DNA of 64,000 nt from an uncultured Nitrososphaeraceae archaeon (GCA_963729045.1 CAVSMN010000012.1:128001-192000); one strand, 5' to 3'. Numbered from the stretch's first letter, positions 10,579 to 21,407 are shown. The notes: generated from the sequence alone by a model not told the origin. Numbers and translations: made by a program.

Positions 10579-12245
10579 AATATTTTGGGTTCTCTCTTCA
10601 TCCTCTAATTAATTTCATAATCGTGACACACCGATCTTATCTATACTAGATTGACAGATATTTGTCCTCAGAGGGAAGAAATTATTGTAAAATGGGACTT
10701 GCACAGTTTCCATATCCAAATAGTTGTTAAATGCTTCGCATGTCCGATCCGTTCCTCCAATAAACACTGGGCACATTTTAGACAAATTGATATTATCTAA
10801 ACCGATCTTGACCATGTTTGAAAATTCTAGCGTAACATTCTATATAAGGAGTGATCCATCCAAGAGCCCTAGTGACTACCTTACAACAATCTCAAAGAAA
10901 TGGGACCAAGGATGCTGCTCCTATTGAGACAACCTGCCGACTGTTCGCATTTTGTCAACTAATTACACATATTATTACCATTGGCAGGTAATAAAATAAA
11001 CTATTGCAGAATAAACATATCAGTACAGAAGTCATAATCGAATAGTTAAACTTTGTTGATATAGTGTAAACAAAACCGGCAAAATTCCATAGGTTCTCCT
11101 TCAACAGTAACAGTCATTCTATCATGAATTTCTGTTAATTACCCAACAGTTTGATATTGACTATAGATAATATCGTTCTCGGTTGTAATCGCCATCTCAC
11201 CCTTTTTTTATGTTTATTAATTTCCATAGGATTTTGAAATGTGTCAGAATTTTTTATTACTATTGTATCTAGTTATCCATCAGTAACGTCTGCCCTATTT
11301 GTAAAATGAAATCCACTATGTAAAAAACCGTCATTAGATACCATTCCAATGGTCATTTTTGTCAAAAACCGTTTACTTGTCCTTTTGTCTCCAGAGGTCC
11401 AATCGATTATTTCATATATATTACTTTCATAAGTAGATTTAGTTGCAATGATTCCAGTAATAGCAGAAATCAGCCTACTACAGATTTGATTTCTTACCAA
11501 TTTAGACCTCTCGATAATTTTGCCCCCAATCCTGTCTCAGCCGCATTTAAAAATTTCCTGAAATTAGATTTTGAATCTACTTTATTACTAACCATTAGTA
11601 TTGTAACAATTACATCGATCGTTTGGATGTCATGTCATTAGATATTGATAGTTTCATGCAACATTACTCGAAATCAGTGGATAAATCAAGTGACCTAATC
11701 ATTACATCACTAATTCCTCCAAATATATCGTCATAATAGCATTTGGGTTAACGGGTCCAGCATCTTAAGTGTGATTAAATCATGAAGTTTAATAATTTAA
11801 ATCCTACAGATTCAAGATTAATGTTATGCCTTTCTTTCAAAAATCCATTAGTAACTTCATTAATATACCATCTTCACCCATAGGCAGTATATGAGTAGAA
11901 CCTTTCTGTAGATACTCTCGAGAGCGTAGGGTCCCTTTTTCTGATTTCACGGTGAATAGGATTTTTAGGTCATTACTAAAATATTTTATTGCTATTAGTT
12001 CAATGTAATGCCAGTATATTCTAGTTTCTCCACCCTTCGAATCAGGGTTCACTGTAATAACCAAGTTATCTGGCATAGGGTGTAACGAAGGTTAAGCAGT
12101 AAAGATGACCGTATACGTATCAAGCATTATCTTTGGGACTCAGCAAGACCCGAGAGTCACCATCATTGTGACGCTACAATTATGTAAGTCCAATCTTCAC
12201 AAACTCTCAATGAATCTTTTACTGATTGTCGCAGTGGGTGTAAGA

Positions 12246-12813
12246 TCAGCTTTCCGGGTTAATGTCACCAATAAGCTTTGAAGATTCAATTACACTTACA
12301 ACTTGTAAATCATCGCTACCTGAAATAATTTTCGATAAAGTTGGTTTTGCCTCCTTTCCCAATATCATTGCCTCCTTTCCCTTCCGCATTAATACCAAAG
12401 TCATGCTATTTTCTGTTAAAGTATGGGCAAAATTCTTGGCTAAATCCAACTGCTGTTGGAAAGTTGATTCTTTATCTGTCATGGAGTGAATGAATTCCTT
12501 GGCCCCATCCAGCTTATCCAATATTTTATCTACCGAGCTTTCGTTTTCCCTACCATTTGGTAAAACTTTATCTTTGGAGGTATCGCTGCTGACTTCCTTT
12601 AAGGAAATCAAACAATTCCGGTTCTAGTATGTCGATACTAATTTTGTTTGATTGGTTTTCGGAAGTAGCAACGATATCTATGGCTGATTTATTCTGGATT
12701 TCAATATGTAATTTTCCACTTTTAATAGTCTTTATTGATTTTGCTAACTTGTCAATCAAAGAATTGCTGGACTTTCCAATCTTCTTGTCGTCAATGTCTG
12801 TCAATCCAATCAA
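12246..12813 (-). CDS. hypothetical protein, probably one gene split by a frameshift near 12600
   Basis: two overlapping same-strand ORFs (12568-12813 and 12246-12611) with protein-like composition. Confidence 0.55.
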
Positions 12814-12880
12814 ATCTCAATTATATGTTGGAAGGCCTCTAAGGGCCTGCTTGTCATAAAATTCAGACTGATTAATATCA

Positions 12881-13207
12881 TTAGTTGACTTCATTATTGC
12901 TGTCATAGCCTTGAATATCCTCTCTACTTGGGATTTCTTTACCTTTCTTCTCCTCAAAGCTTCCGTTGTTTTTACTGTGAACTTCCGCAGATATTCTAAT
13001 TTTACCGTTCACAGTAAGGCTGCCACTGCAAATCTGGCACCCTTCATGACCTTGAGCTTTTGGCATTTCTATCTTGAGGTTATCAAATGAATATGTAACT
13101 ACTGCACCCTTTCCAGTTAACTTTTCAATTAATTGTTCCAAAATTGGCGGACCTTCTTCTGATATTTTATGGGTTATCTTATTTAGATTATTATTAAATT
13201 GATTCAT
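12881..13207 (-). CDS. hypothetical protein
   Basis: 108-aa ATG ORF with TATA-like sequence upstream. Confidence 0.65.
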   Translation of the reverse strand: MNQFNNNLNKITHKISEEGPPILEQLIEKLTGKGAVVTYSFDNLKIEMPKAQGHEGCQICSGSLTVNGKIRISAEVHSKNNGSFEEKKGKEIPSREDIQGYDSNNEVN

Positions 13208-13946
13208 TCTAGATACGATTATATAATTACATGAAACGTTATAAATCGTATATGTTTTGTTATCTTAATATCTAAGATTTAATTACACATATTTTCATCA
13301 ATGTCAGGAAATATTTCTCTTCCATTAAACTACTGAGATAACTGGGTCGCTTTATGGAACTTTATAGAGATCAAATAATAATTACTTGCGCTTTACAACT
13401 TTAGAAACATTATTTATGGAATCAAAAATGTCATTAACATATTACCTTAATCACTTAGAATTATCTCATCCTGGTTTTAGGATTACTTACAACTGGTCAA
13501 TTTATTGTAATACAAAATTAAAAGCTTTTGAAACCTGGCTATTAACACAATATATGAGAGAAATAGTGAAAAAAACTAACTTTAGTGTAAGCATATTCTA
13601 GGATGAGATGATTTGCAAGAACTTTTGAGTTGAAGAATAAATATGAATTATTTGTCATCTGAAGTCTAACAAAATGCTGATTTAGGGTGTTAGCAAATTT
13701 GTCAAATAGTTGATTAATAATTATTAAATAGTGAGAAGATTTTGCATTCTAAGACCTTTATGGGTTATGATAGTCATACAGAAGTGCTTGAAAAGCGTTG
13801 GATGTCTACTGGGTCTTTAATATTAGTCTTTGATTTATTGAATAGTTTCCTCTGGCTTTGTCCATTGAAAGAATACTGTGGCAGGTCATAATTGTTATTA
13901 AAAGAAACAAAGAACTTTAAATGGATTATGTGGATTATTTTAGTAG

Positions 13947-14237
13947 TTGATCCCTGAACATTGCTCTTTTGTATCAGACGGCATCAAATGCCCTCTTCCT
14001 CCTGAATTCATTATCGAGGTAGAAGATAAAACTGACAACAACAGTAAATTTATGATAGGAGTAACCTGTTCTGATCACAGGGCCTTATTGGAGAAGAAGT
14101 TTCATTTACTACAAAAAAAGAATACTATTCCTTCGGGAAAGATAAGTTTGACAAACATAAGAATAATTCACACAGACTGTATCAAGGGCACCCGAGAGGA
14201 TGAGGAAGAGGTTCGGATCAAAAGGTTAGATGTTTAG
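13947..14237 (+). CDS. hypothetical protein with a Cys/His pattern (possible Zn binding)
   Basis: HC...KCPLPPEF...GVTCSDH...HTDC. Confidence 0.65.
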   Translation: MIPEHCSFVSDGIKCPLPPEFIIEVEDKTDNNSKFMIGVTCSDHRALLEKKFHLLQKKNTIPSGKISLTNIRIIHTDCIKGTREDEEEVRIKRLDV

Positions 14238-14249
14238 ATGGCGGGTTTA

Positions 14250-15242
14250 TTATTTTAATAGTAATGCCTTGTCTTGACGACCTTTCAATACGTGAATAAT
14301 ATTAGAAGCTGCTATTTCTGACATCTTATTTCGCGTATCGATACTCGCGCTACCTATGTGTGGTAATAGAACTACATTTTTCATCTTAATTAGGGGATTG
14401 TTACGGCGGATTGGTTCATCTTCAAAAACATCCAGGCCGGCTCCTGCGATCAACTTCTCCTTTAATCCACGAATCAAATCACCTTCTTTAATGATCTTGC
14501 CCCTTGATATATTTATTAAATAAGTATTCTTTTTCATCATTTTTATCTTTTCATAATCTATTAAATGGTAGCTATCTTCATTTAGGGTACAACTAATTAC
14601 AATATAGTCTGAATCCGAAACAAGTCTTTGTAAATTGCAATACTCTAGCTTGTAGAATGATTTATTTTTCCTAAAATCATTTGAATCAAAATTCCTTTTT
14701 GTAAATAATATTTTCATTCCAAATCCAATTGCTCTCCTACAAATTGCGCTACCGATTTTTCCTAAGCCTATCACTCCCAATGTCTTATGATGCAAGTCCC
14801 TTCCGATCATAAGATCGGGATTCCAACCATATTTCCATTTGCCTATTCTGAGGTATCTGTCAGCCTCAACTAATCTTCTACCAAGGCAAAGCATCAACCC
14901 GATTGCTAAGTCAGCCGTCGTTTCGGTAAGTATGTCTCCAGTATAACCTACCCTTATCCCTCTCTTCTTAGCTTCTAAGACATCGACATGTTCATAGCCC
15001 GTACTGAAGGTGCTTATTACTTTAAGTGATGGACCAGCAGCATCCATTATTTGTTTGTCAATCTTGTCGTTAAGAAAACACAAAATTGCATTTACACCCT
15101 TCACTTTTTTCAATAAATCCGGATATCTGAGAGGAGCCATTCTTTGATTTATAATCAAGTCACAGTGAGTCTCTAAGATTTTTAAACCCGCATCTGGAAT
15201 AGGTCTTGTTACCAATACGATCGGTTTAATTTTTTTTAACAA
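14250..15242 (-). CDS. gyaR: glyoxylate reductase / D-2-hydroxyacid dehydrogenase
   Basis: GLGKIG, NISRG, GLDVFEDEP, LPHIGSAS motifs. Confidence 0.88.
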   Translation of the reverse strand: MLKKIKPIVLVTRPIPDAGLKILETHCDLIINQRMAPLRYPDLLKKVKGVNAILCFLNDKIDKQIMDAAGPSLKVISTFSTGYEHVDVLEAKKRGIRVGYTGDILTETTADLAIGLMLCLGRRLVEADRYLRIGKWKYGWNPDLMIGRDLHHKTLGVIGLGKIGSAICRRAIGFGMKILFTKRNFDSNDFRKNKSFYKLEYCNLQRLVSDSDYIVISCTLNEDSYHLIDYEKIKMMKKNTYLINISRGKIIKEGDLIRGLKEKLIAGAGLDVFEDEPIRRNNPLIKMKNVVLLPHIGSASIDTRNKMSEIAASNIIHVLKGRQDKALLLK

Positions 15243-15753
15243 ATATTGTCTATTGAGTGGTTGTTATATTATTTGTTAATTCTGTATGAATGATCTATAC
15301 AAAAATCAATTTGAGAAGCCTTCGACCAAAAAATTTACATAGTTTATTTAATCAAAACCAGCATTTCAATATTTAACCTGGATTAGATGTACTTTTCTAG
15401 AATTACTAGATTCTAAGTGTATTTCGATTAATGCATATGGACTTATTATTGCATCAGCACCATATTTTACTACATTATCAGGAGGGCAAAAGAATTACTC
15501 TATATGATTAAAATATTAAACACTACTTGATATTTTTAAGATTGGTATGTTGGGCTCTACCAAAAGATAGTGGGCGTTGTTGCAAAGTCTAAAATCCATA
15601 CATAGTAAAAATAAAAAACCTGATTTTACAAGTATATTTTTATAGACTACTGATTATTAGAATTCATGCAAGACCATTCTACTAGTATACAAGAGAATGG
15701 AATGAATTCAATCAGTAACCGTAAAAAGGTTAGGATCAGGAAAAAGACCGAGT

Positions 15754-16500
15754 ATGAAAATGAGCACTGATAATTTGGAGGAAAGGTTGATTGAAAAAAA
15801 TTCTAAAGAATCACCAGAAACGTTGTTTGCAAACATAGTGGGATATGAGGACATTAAAAAAATTTTTAATTATGCTTTTAATTCATCGTTACCAGTTCAT
15901 ATTTTGCTGGTAGGTCCTCCCGGTTCTGCTAAAACCCTATTCTTGATGGAATGTATGAAACTGTCTCGTTCCTATTTTACATTGGGTAGTCACAGCACAA
16001 AAGCAGGAATGTTAGATTACTTATTCAATAACAGACCAAAAAATCTGATAATCGATGAAATTGAATACATGGCAATTAAAGATCAAGCAGCATTGCTTAG
16101 TTTAATGGAAACTGGAATATTAAGCGAAACCAAATATGAAAAAACTCGAAAATCAATCATGAGGACGTGGGTTTTTGCATCTTGTAATGACGAAAAAAAA
16201 CTTTTGACTCCACTTTTATCACGTTTCTTTGTGCTTTATTTTAAGAAATATGATTACGCTACTTTTGAAAAGATAGCAAACCACATTTTAGCAATTGAGT
16301 GTAATATGGATTTTGAAGTCTCAACCCTGATTGCGCACTTAGTTTGGAATAAACTGAAATCCAGGGATATAAGGGATTGTATAAAAATAGGTCGAATTTG
16401 TAATAATAAAGAAGATGTTTACATGATAGTAAAGACTCTGATAAGGTATGACAACACAAACGCTGGTAACATTAAGACTGGTAACATTAAGGATCAATGA
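15754..16500 (+). CDS. AAA+ ATPase, single domain
   Basis: Walker A GPPGSAKT, Walker B IIDE, ALLSLME, PLLSRF Arg finger. Confidence 0.85.
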   Translation: MKMSTDNLEERLIEKNSKESPETLFANIVGYEDIKKIFNYAFNSSLPVHILLVGPPGSAKTLFLMECMKLSRSYFTLGSHSTKAGMLDYLFNNRPKNLIIDEIEYMAIKDQAALLSLMETGILSETKYEKTRKSIMRTWVFASCNDEKKLLTPLLSRFFVLYFKKYDYATFEKIANHILAIECNMDFEVSTLIAHLVWNKLKSRDIRDCIKIGRICNNKEDVYMIVKTLIRYDNTNAGNIKTGNIKDQ

Positions 16501-16585
16501 CCGAAAACATTTAGAGGCATTTATTTGAAGTTCTTTGCCATTTTCTCATTACTTAATATGAGTAGAATAATTTAGTGTTCCTATT

Positions 16586-17771
16586 TTGAATAAAACATCC
16601 AATTTGAATAAAACACTCAAAAAATTGAAAATTTTTATCTGTGGTCCAACTCTGTATGAAAAAAGCCACTTGGGGCATGCTAGAATTTTTATTTTTTTTA
16701 ATTTTTTGATTAATTATTACAAATGTTTGGGACAGTCTCCTATTACCATAGTACAATTGACTGATGTCGATCCCAAAATATTTGCCAAAATCAAGACAGC
16801 TAATGATAATGATAATATCTCACTTGAGAGTATTACCATGCGTCATCTAACCCAATTGATAAAAGACTTACAAAAATTACAAGTTATTAACAATTTCACC
16901 TTCACCAGGGTGTCTAGCTTTCAGGTTCAAATGATGAACCAAATAATAAAATTACTTGAACTCACAAAGGCTTACTCGTATGGTGGCAATATTTATCTTA
17001 AAATAGATTCAGATATCCAGAGTCCTTTTGGTCTTACACTCAGAGAATTGGATAACATGCCAATTGATATCGCACCAGGTAAACTGGATCAAAAAGATAT
17101 TATGCTTTGGAATGCTGAGAATTTCTATGAATCTATCTATTAAGGGCGACGAGCGCTCCGAATTTTATTTTAGGAATTTAGTTAGCGGGATCCCTGGATG
17201 GCATTTTCAAGATTTTCAAATAATAAAATCTCTTTTTGACAATCACTACGATATACATGGAGGGGCAGGCGAGTTAGTCTACCCTCACCATGAATTCATT
17301 TACAGAATTTCCCATCAAATACAAGGGACCAGCCATCAAAGTAAAAAAAAACCAATGTGGATTCACATAGGTATTTTAAAGATCAATTCTGAAAAGATGT
17401 CTAATTCTAGAGGTAATACAATCACTATCAGTGACTTTCTAAACAAATATTCTCCAAATTCTCTAAAAATACTTTTTTTGGGTGAACACTACGACAAAGA
17501 CTTTAGTTTTGACGAAAAGAAATTGTCGGATGCTATTGTTGTAGATAATGAAATTTCATCGTATTTTGCATCGGAATACGTCAAGAACGGAAAATTAGTA
17601 GAAACATTGAACGAATCTGATGCACATAAGTTTTCCGCGTTTTTAAGAATTTTGGATAATAATTATGATACAAAATCCGCAATCAGTTATATAAGAAAGT
17701 GTATTAGAGCTTCTGAAAATGCTAGTTATGTAAAGAAGATGACCGATTTACTTGGATTACAGTATCATTGA
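16586..17771 (+). CDS. cysteinyl-tRNA synthetase-like paralogue (class I, no anticodon domain), frameshift near 17140
   Basis: CGPTLY, HLGH (HIGH), TDVD, GIPGWH, DIHGG..PHHE, KMSNS; ends at LLGL with about 395 aa total. Confidence 0.85.
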
Positions 17772-18602
17772 TAGCCTGAAATCAAATGAAATTGAATTTT
17801 GTAAGAGTTGGAGCAATCAGACAATTAACTTTAATGACTCCTTTCGCATTTTAGCTAATCGTGAATTAAAAGGCGACTATTTTCTTAATCGAGTGATTTT
17901 GACTGTTGGAATTGAGGACTCTAAGACGTGAGAGAGAAATGCATTTCAACAATCATGTCAAGACTAAAAGAAATTTCCAAACAACAAGATATTGATGTTT
18001 ATGTTCATATCAATGATAACCTATCATTCCTTAAATCGATACTTGAACAGAACGGCTTGAGAAAAATTGATAAATTGACAGGATTGGTTAACGTCATAAA
18101 GGGTCAAAAATTCCTTTCAAAAAATGAATCTAAAAAACAAGAACCAGTAGTTAATGAAGAAACATGTAGGGTGGTCAGGTCCGTCGATGAATTCGAAGAA
18201 TGGTTAGATGTTTATTCAACTTCATTTGAAATCGATACAGAAAGAAGAACCACTATTCGAACTAGTCTGCAAAGAGATAATTTTAGAGAAAGTAAATTTA
18301 TTTTGTATGAACAAAAACTCCAAGATAAAACAAATGGGCACAATTTAAGACCAGTCGGATGCTGCTTGCTTTTCCCTACAAATGACGTCCTGGGGTTATA
18401 CTGCTTAGGCACCGATCAGAAGTTTCGAAATATGGGTATTGCTACAAGCCTTTTAAATTTTGCAATAACTTATGCCAAAATGAATGGATTTAATCTTTTA
18501 GGGCTTCAGGCGCTGCATAGTGATCACATAATAGGATTTTATCAAAGACGATATTTCACAACAGTTTATACTGATGCTATATTTTCTATTCCTATCAGTT
18601 AG
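17752..18602 (+). CDS. GNAT-family acetyltransferase, frameshift near 17925
   Basis: C-terminal LYCLGTDQKFRNMGIATSLL acetyl-CoA motif; N-terminal part read from TTG 17752 (DYSIIDSLKSNEIEFCKSWS...DYFLNRV) in another frame. Confidence 0.8.
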
Positions 18603-19590
18603 ATTTAATATATCATTTGACCCACTTATTAAAAATCTATTGACATTTCTTGACTGTATACAGGAAGATCTCATTTTTCCAGTATTCGTATATGAGAACG
18701 AGCACGCTTACAAACAAAGCTTGAATTCTGGATACATGAACAACTCAAAGGTATTTTCGAAAAAATTAATCAATAGATTTGAAGAATTGGCTCAGCTAAA
18801 AATATCTAACTTGTTGTTATTTGGTATACCAAAAAAAAGAGACGGCATGGGAAGTGAAGCTTTTAATAGGAATGGTGTGATTCAGCAGGCAATTCAAACA
18901 ATTAAAAAAACTTTTGGCAAAAAATTTAACATTCTCTCAGACGTTTGTGTGTGCCAATATAATACTAGCGGACATTGTGGTGTCACTAATGGCACAATAG
19001 AGGATACTAACCAACCTAAGCATGTAATTAGAGTAGATAATGACAAGACCTTAAATATTCTTGGAAAAATTTCATTGAGCCTTTGCGAAAGTGGGACCGA
19101 TTTCATAGCCCCATCGTCAATGATGGATGGTCAAATCTTGTACCTTTCCAATTTGTTAAAGAAGAGCGGGTTTAAAAAAGTCAAAATTATGAGTTATTCT
19201 GCAAAACATAATTCTTGTCTATACTCGCCATTTCGTAATTATAATTATCATAATACTAGCTTTATAGATAAATCAAGTTATCAAAGTAATTTTAACAATC
19301 CTAGTGAATCAATGCGGGAAATTTTACATGATGTAAAAGAGGGATCGGATTGGGTAATGATAAAACCTTCGTTTTGGTATATGGATTTGGTAAGATTAGC
19401 TAAAAATCTAGTGGATGTCCCTCTGGTGGTTCAGAATGTCTCGGGTGAGTATGCTTTACTAAAAGAAGGAGCAAAAATAGACCAAGTTGACCAACAGGAA
19501 TGGATAGTTCAATATCTCAAAAGTTTAAGAAGGGCTGGTGCCGATAAAATAATTTCTTATTTGATGCTCGATTTGTTTGATGAATTTTGA
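18574..19590 (+). CDS. hemB: porphobilinogen synthase (ALA dehydratase), divergent
   Basis: DVCVCQY..GHCG Zn motif, APSSMMDG, SYSAK and MIKP catalytic lysines, VSGEY. Confidence 0.85.
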   Translation: MLYFLFLSVRFNISFDPLIKNLLTFLDCIQEDLIFPVFVYENEHAYKQSLNSGYMNNSKVFSKKLINRFEELAQLKISNLLLFGIPKKRDGMGSEAFNRNGVIQQAIQTIKKTFGKKFNILSDVCVCQYNTSGHCGVTNGTIEDTNQPKHVIRVDNDKTLNILGKISLSLCESGTDFIAPSSMMDGQILYLSNLLKKSGFKKVKIMSYSAKHNSCLYSPFRNYNYHNTSFIDKSSYQSNFNNPSESMREILHDVKEGSDWVMIKPSFWYMDLVRLAKNLVDVPLVVQNVSGEYALLKEGAKIDQVDQQEWIVQYLKSLRRAGADKIISYLMLDLFDEF

Positions 19591-19625
19591 GAAAAATCGC
19601 CCACATATCGATTTGAAATCTGATT

Positions 19626-20057
19626 CTAATTCAGTGTTTCTGGATAGGAGATCATTTGACCACTAGAGGAATCGACGTAATATTTTGTATTATTTGCAGT
19701 AATTTCCCAGCCATAGTGGATACCACCAGTTAGGGGTTCTACTGTATTGCCCAATACCTTTCCTATATCGTGAGTTTCCTGATCTGCTTGATATATCGTC
19801 CCATTGGCATTTACCATTACATATTGCGATGTAAATTTTCCATCAAGATCTGCAAATGTAATCTTGCTTATTTGATCCAAGGATTGATTATACACATCAT
19901 GTAGAATTATTAAATAAGCTTCTTCTGGTATAAGTCTAGGAGATGTGGAATTGGGTTGACTTAATGAGTAACTTAGCACCCAGTACATCGCCAAAGTAAA
20001 TCCAATGGATAACAGAACTATGAATATTACTTTATTGCGGGCAACATCAAGCTTCAT
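19626..20057 (-). CDS. membrane-anchored or secreted hypothetical protein
   Basis: N-terminal TM helix; C-terminal WEI....YYVDSSSG is PepSY-like. Confidence 0.65.
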   Translation of the reverse strand: MKLDVARNKVIFIVLLSIGFTLAMYWVLSYSLSQPNSTSPRLIPEEAYLIILHDVYNQSLDQISKITFADLDGKFTSQYVMVNANGTIYQADQETHDIGKVLGNTVEPLTGGIHYGWEITANNTKYYVDSSSGQMISYPETLN

Positions 20058-20149
20058 TAAGATATTTTATTGACAGAAAAACACTATATAATCATTGATT
20101 TATGCCTTTACGATTAGAATATATATCAATTCTTTTAAAAACTAAATAT

Positions 20150-20311
20150 CCCGCGGTAGCTCAGCCTGGTAGAGCTTTCGGCTGTAGTTGTTGGCAAAAT
20201 ATTGCTAATCATACATCAGCCTATCAGGCTTACATTCAACAGTAACCGAAGAGTCGCAGGCTCAATCAAAAAATAAGAGATTATTTTTTGGAGTAAATCC
20301 TGCTCGCGGGA
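20150..20311 (+). tRNA. tRNA-Tyr(GUA) with two introns (37/38: 20188-20244; T-loop 58/59: 20266-20296)
   Basis: acceptor CCCGCGG/TCGCGGG-A (C1-G72, A73); anticodon arm TTCGG-CTGTAG|A-CCGAA; T stem GCAGG/CCTGC; BHB-like motifs at both junctions. Confidence 0.9.
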
Positions 20312-20333
20312 TACAAAAAAATAAAAATTTTGT

Positions 20334-21407
20334 TTATTGATTGGGATTTATTATGGCACGTCCAATGATTTTACCATTCTTTAAATCGTGTAAGGCCTCA
20401 TTGACCTGGTCAAGAGCGAATGTCCTATCCAAGACAGTACGTACTTTTCCATCGGAGGCAAGTTTCACTAATTCAGTCAAATCCTGAAAAGTTCCTGTAT
20501 AAGCTCCTGTCAGTGTATACCCTCTCAAAGGGATCATTGGTAAGTTCAATTCCATTGATCCACCAAATAGTCCAACCATAATTACCTTACCTCTTTTTCG
20601 TAACATATTAAATGAATTTACAGACGTAATATTGTTATTTACAAAGTCTATGACGACGTCTGTTCCCGAACCATTGGTAAGGTCTTTGACCTCTTTTACC
20701 ACATCTTGTTTCTCTTTGGTATTAATGATGTTATCTGCACCAAGCTTTCTTGCTTCTGCCAATTTTTGATCATTAACATCTATAACAGTTATTCTTGATT
20801 TGAATATAGCTTTAGCAACTTGTACCGCCATAAGCCCTAGTCCACCAGCCCCTACGATTACAATATTATGCCTATCTTCCAAACCTGGGATTGGCTTTGC
20901 TTTTTTTACTGCGTTGTACGCTGTCAATCCAGAGCAAGCCAGTGATGATGCAGAATCAAATTCAAGTTGGTCAAGTTTAATCAAAAACTTTGAATCTGGG
21001 ATTAAAACATATTGCGCATACCCTCCATTTTGATAAATTCCAAGGGTTTTCGGATTATCACATAGATTCTGTTCGCCAGATAAGCAAGCAGGACAAGTCC
21101 CCTCACCCAACCAAGGGTAAACCAACACCTTATCACCTACATTGAAGTTATTTACACTGTTACCAACCTCTTCTATTGTTCCAGATATTTCATGGCCAGG
21201 TATCAGAGGAAACTTAACTCCTCTATCTTCAACCTTCATGAAGACGCCTTTGGGTCCTGCATATCCGCCCTCCCATAAATGAAGGTCGCTATGACACACG
21301 CCAGTTGCTGCAACTCTGACCAAAACTTGATTTCCTTCAGGTTTAGGTTTTTCTACTTCATTAATTACTAATGGTTCATTTGTTTTAATAATTTGAGCCC
21401 CTTTCAT
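20334..21407 (-). CDS. adh: Zn-dependent alcohol dehydrogenase
   Basis: GVCHSDLH, GHE, CPAC...C, GAGGLG; start placed at ATG 21407 (MKGAQII). Confidence 0.9.
   Translation of the reverse strand: MKGAQIIKTNEPLVINEVEKPKPEGNQVLVRVAATGVCHSDLHLWEGGYAGPKGVFMKVEDRGVKFPLIPGHEISGTIEEVGNSVNNFNVGDKVLVYPWLGEGTCPACLSGEQNLCDNPKTLGIYQNGGYAQYVLIPDSKFLIKLDQLEFDSASSLACSGLTAYNAVKKAKPIPGLEDRHNIVIVGAGGLGLMAVQVAKAIFKSRITVIDVNDQKLAEARKLGADNIINTKEKQDVVKEVKDLTNGSGTDVVIDFVNNNITSVNSFNMLRKRGKVIMVGLFGGSMELNLPMIPLRGYTLTGAYTGTFQDLTELVKLASDGKVRTVLDRTFALDQVNEALHDLKNGKIIGRAIINPNQ

Noticed and set aside
12110..12160. TPP riboswitch (minus-strand CTCGGG...GCTGAG)
   Set aside because: The downstream CCTGAT and pyrophosphate-helix elements are missing and no thiamine gene follows
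13611..13626. TTTGCAAGAACT as an isolated IS end
   Set aside because: Short match with no partner repeat or transposase remnant nearby
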